Assembly: GCF_020885515.1 (NCBI RefSeq)
Contig: NZ_AP024987.1
Location: 540,001 to 572,000, forward strand
DNA length: 32,000 bases
Reading direction: 5' to 3'
Source of the DNA: a cyanobacterium endosymbiont of Braarudosphaera bigelowii
GTDB lineage: Bacteria > Cyanobacteriota > Cyanobacteriia > Cyanobacteriales > Microcystaceae
Position 1 is the first letter of the stretch, and each line of letters begins with the position of its first letter. A program made the translations under genes and the position numbers. Under the pieces are notes generated by a model. It had not been told where the DNA came from and made no database searches. It was given only the letters and a program-made list of their open reading frames with translations. Shown piece by piece: positions 30,015-32,000 of the stretch.

Positions 30015-30095
30015 TATCTTATGATTAGATACTATCTTACAGCTCAATTCTACATAGTAGAATTAAGCTGTAAGATAGTATCTAATCATAAGATA
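30015..30095. repeat. Very long near-perfect inverted repeat (39-bp stem, 3-nt loop), putative terminator or cruciform
   Basis: Left arm 30015-30053, loop ATA 30054-30056, right arm 30057-30095; a single mismatch (C30045 opposite A30065). On the minus strand it is followed by ATTTTTAAATATATA. Confidence 0.9.
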
Positions 30096-30598
30096 AGAAG
30101 TTATTATCTTAGATTCCGAAAATATTTTAGGTTTACACTTACAAAGCAATAAACTCAATATACCAATAGTAACTAGAAAATTTTGCGATAAGAATACTCG
30201 ACGAACAACTAAATAAGTAAGAATATTATGTTTGAAAAAATATTATTTAATACTTTTACTGCTAATTTTTAATTTCACCTAAAATAAAATGTCATTATAT
30301 AAATTATAGATTTGTAAACTATAATTAAAGTCTAAATTAGTTTATTTGAATAGCTATTTTTTAGTATTAAATAGAATTAAGACGTTTTAATCAATGTCAT
30401 AAATATTATTATTCATGATATAAAGCAGCTATACTTGTATCGTTATTTTTGGTAATAAAAAAAACATGACATTTTATATTCTTAATTAAGAAATTAAGCT
30501 TATAGAAATTCCATACATTTTATACAACAAAATGAGGAAAAAGCTAAAAATATGAACTTTCTTTGTTCTCTCCTCCCACCCTATTTAAATATTAGCCT

Positions 30599-31486
30599 AT
30601 GCCCTGGACTAGAACTATAACAACTATTATTGGTATCTTTTTTGCTTTAGGAATATTGATTATCGGCAAATGGCTTTTTACCATTGGACTATGTGTGATA
30701 GTTTTTTTAGGACAATTAGAATATTTTCAGTTAGTCAAAGCTAAAGGAATTGTTCCTGCTACTAAAACAACTCTAATAGTATCTCAGATACTATTGATCG
30801 CAGCAGCTATTGCTCCACATTTTACAGATGCTTTGTTTACTTTAGCAGGTACATTGATTTGTTTTTATCTTCTCTTTCAATCTAAATTAGCTAGTATAGC
30901 CGATATATCTACTTCTATCCTAGGCTTATTCTATGGAGGATACTTACCTAGTTATTGGTTAAGATTAAGAGTCGGTTTTGACAGCACTATTACAAATATT
31001 AATATTGCAAATAATGATTTATTTGTTCAAAAATATTTACCTAATCTATGGACAAAATCTCAATTTTTTTCTCCTGCATTGAATATTACTTGTCTAGCCT
31101 TTAGCTGTATTTGGGCTGCTGATATTGGAGCATATATTATGGGTAAATCATTTGGTAAAACTCGTTTATCCAATATAAGTCCTAAAAAAACTGTTGAAGG
31201 CGCAATAGCTGGACTAATAGGAAGTATCATAGTTGCAGAAATTGGTTCTTGGTATTTAGGATGGCCTTATTGTTATTTAACTGGTATGGTTTTAGGAGTT
31301 CTAATTGGAATTGTAAGTCTTCTAGGAGATTTAACTGAGTCTATGATGAAGAGAGATGCAGGTGTAAAAGATTCAGGTAAGTTGATTCCTGGTCATGGTG
31401 GAATTTTAGATAGGACAGACAGTTATGTTTTTACAGCTCCTCTAGTCTATTATTTCGTAACATTGTTTTTACCACTCTTACAATAA
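30599..31486 (+). CDS. cdsA: Phosphatidate cytidylyltransferase
   Basis: 295 aa polytopic protein with the CdsA signature SLLGDLTESMMKRDAGVKDSGKLIPGHGGILDRTDSYVFTAP. Confidence 0.96.
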   Translation: MPWTRTITTIIGIFFALGILIIGKWLFTIGLCVIVFLGQLEYFQLVKAKGIVPATKTTLIVSQILLIAAAIAPHFTDALFTLAGTLICFYLLFQSKLASIADISTSILGLFYGGYLPSYWLRLRVGFDSTITNINIANNDLFVQKYLPNLWTKSQFFSPALNITCLAFSCIWAADIGAYIMGKSFGKTRLSNISPKKTVEGAIAGLIGSIIVAEIGSWYLGWPYCYLTGMVLGVLIGIVSLLGDLTESMMKRDAGVKDSGKLIPGHGGILDRTDSYVFTAPLVYYFVTLFLPLLQ

Positions 31487-31569
31487 GGAGTTTAACTATA
31501 TATAAACAATTTTAATTTTATTTAATATAATAATCTTGTCTGAGATCTACAATTATTCAGTTAAAAAAT

Positions 31570-31833
31570 ATGAAATTAAATTTTATAAAGTGGTTAAATT
31601 ATTTATTAGTAGCAAATATTTTTTTAATTTTTTTAGGATTTTTCTGGTTTTTAATAGCTTTAATTGGTCATTACTTCAATCTGCCCTTAGGCTTAAAATT
31701 ATGGTACAAATTATGGACAATATTATTTCAACCAGCCATTAGTATTTTATTTATTAGTGTTTTTGTTAACTGGTTAATTCAAAAAATTTTTATGAGTTTG
31801 AATACCATATCATCTAAAGAAAGCAAACAATAA
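31570..31833 (+). CDS. Small membrane protein, probable conserved cyanobacterial hypothetical
   Basis: 87 aa, two hydrophobic segments separated by LGLKLWYKLWTILFQPAISI; co-directional and 84 nt after cdsA. Confidence 0.6.
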   Translation: MKLNFIKWLNYLLVANIFLIFLGFFWFLIALIGHYFNLPLGLKLWYKLWTILFQPAISILFISVFVNWLIQKIFMSLNTISSKESKQ

Positions 31834-32000
31834 ACATAAATTATTTGTAATAGAAAATTACTTATTATAGGCCAATAATAATCTAAACAACATCTTATCT
31901 GTATTTATGCAACTAGTCTAGCAAGATTAAATCGCAAATATTTGTATAAAGTAATATGAATAATTAAGGTAAACTATATTGTATGAACATTATTTAATAA

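Noticed and set aside
30541-30624. Possible 23-codon leader ORF (MNFLCSLLPPYLNISLCPGLEL*) overlapping the cdsA start
   Set aside because: Too short and lacks regulatory codon bias or an attenuator-like hairpin; probably chance.
31536-31742. ORF 31536..31742 (+)
   Set aside because: Overlaps the more plausible 31570..31833 membrane protein in another frame; composition is not protein-like.
1-32000. Search for CRISPR arrays, IS elements, toxin-antitoxin, phage or defence genes
   Set aside because: No spaced direct repeats, transposase catalytic genes, target-site duplications or defence motifs were visible. The only transposase-like HTH (27769-28647) lacks a catalytic domain.

Overview
This is a low-GC (roughly 30%, by eye) bacterial chromosomal window of ordinary housekeeping content with a clear cyanobacterial signature: DUF3038/DUF4335, DUF3531, DUF3326 and DUF2839 family proteins, a plastid/cyanobacterial-type PDH E2, and a fused sterol desaturase/short-chain dehydrogenase. 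Very high AT content, intact single-copy genes, long AT-rich spacers and near absence of the HIP1 octamer suggest a reduced-genome cyanobacterium, such as a UCYN-A or diatom spheroid-body type symbiont. That lineage call is inference. Recognisable genes in order: dnaJ (partial), tusA-like, rsgA, small membrane protein, glyS, DUF3531, DUF3326, an unlisted 59-aa ORF, HU, DMT/EamA transporter, GT2 glycosyltransferase, frr, pyrH, DUF2839, map, sbcD-like nuclease, PDH E2, sterol desaturase/SDR fusion, UbiD-family decarboxylase, gyrB, cobA (SUMT), two-domain CbiX/SirB-like chelatase, DUF3038, DUF4335, recF, HTH protein with acidic linker, carA, cdsA, small membrane protein. I found no mobile elements, CRISPR arrays, tRNA/rRNA genes or defence islands. 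The points most worth a second look are a 39-bp near-perfect hairpin after carA, a family of other long AT-rich intergenic hairpins, the overlapping DUF3038/DUF4335 pair, the HTH/acidic-linker protein, the 59-aa ORF missing from the track, and the tandem-domain chelatase overlapping cobA. I see no convincing new multi-gene system.
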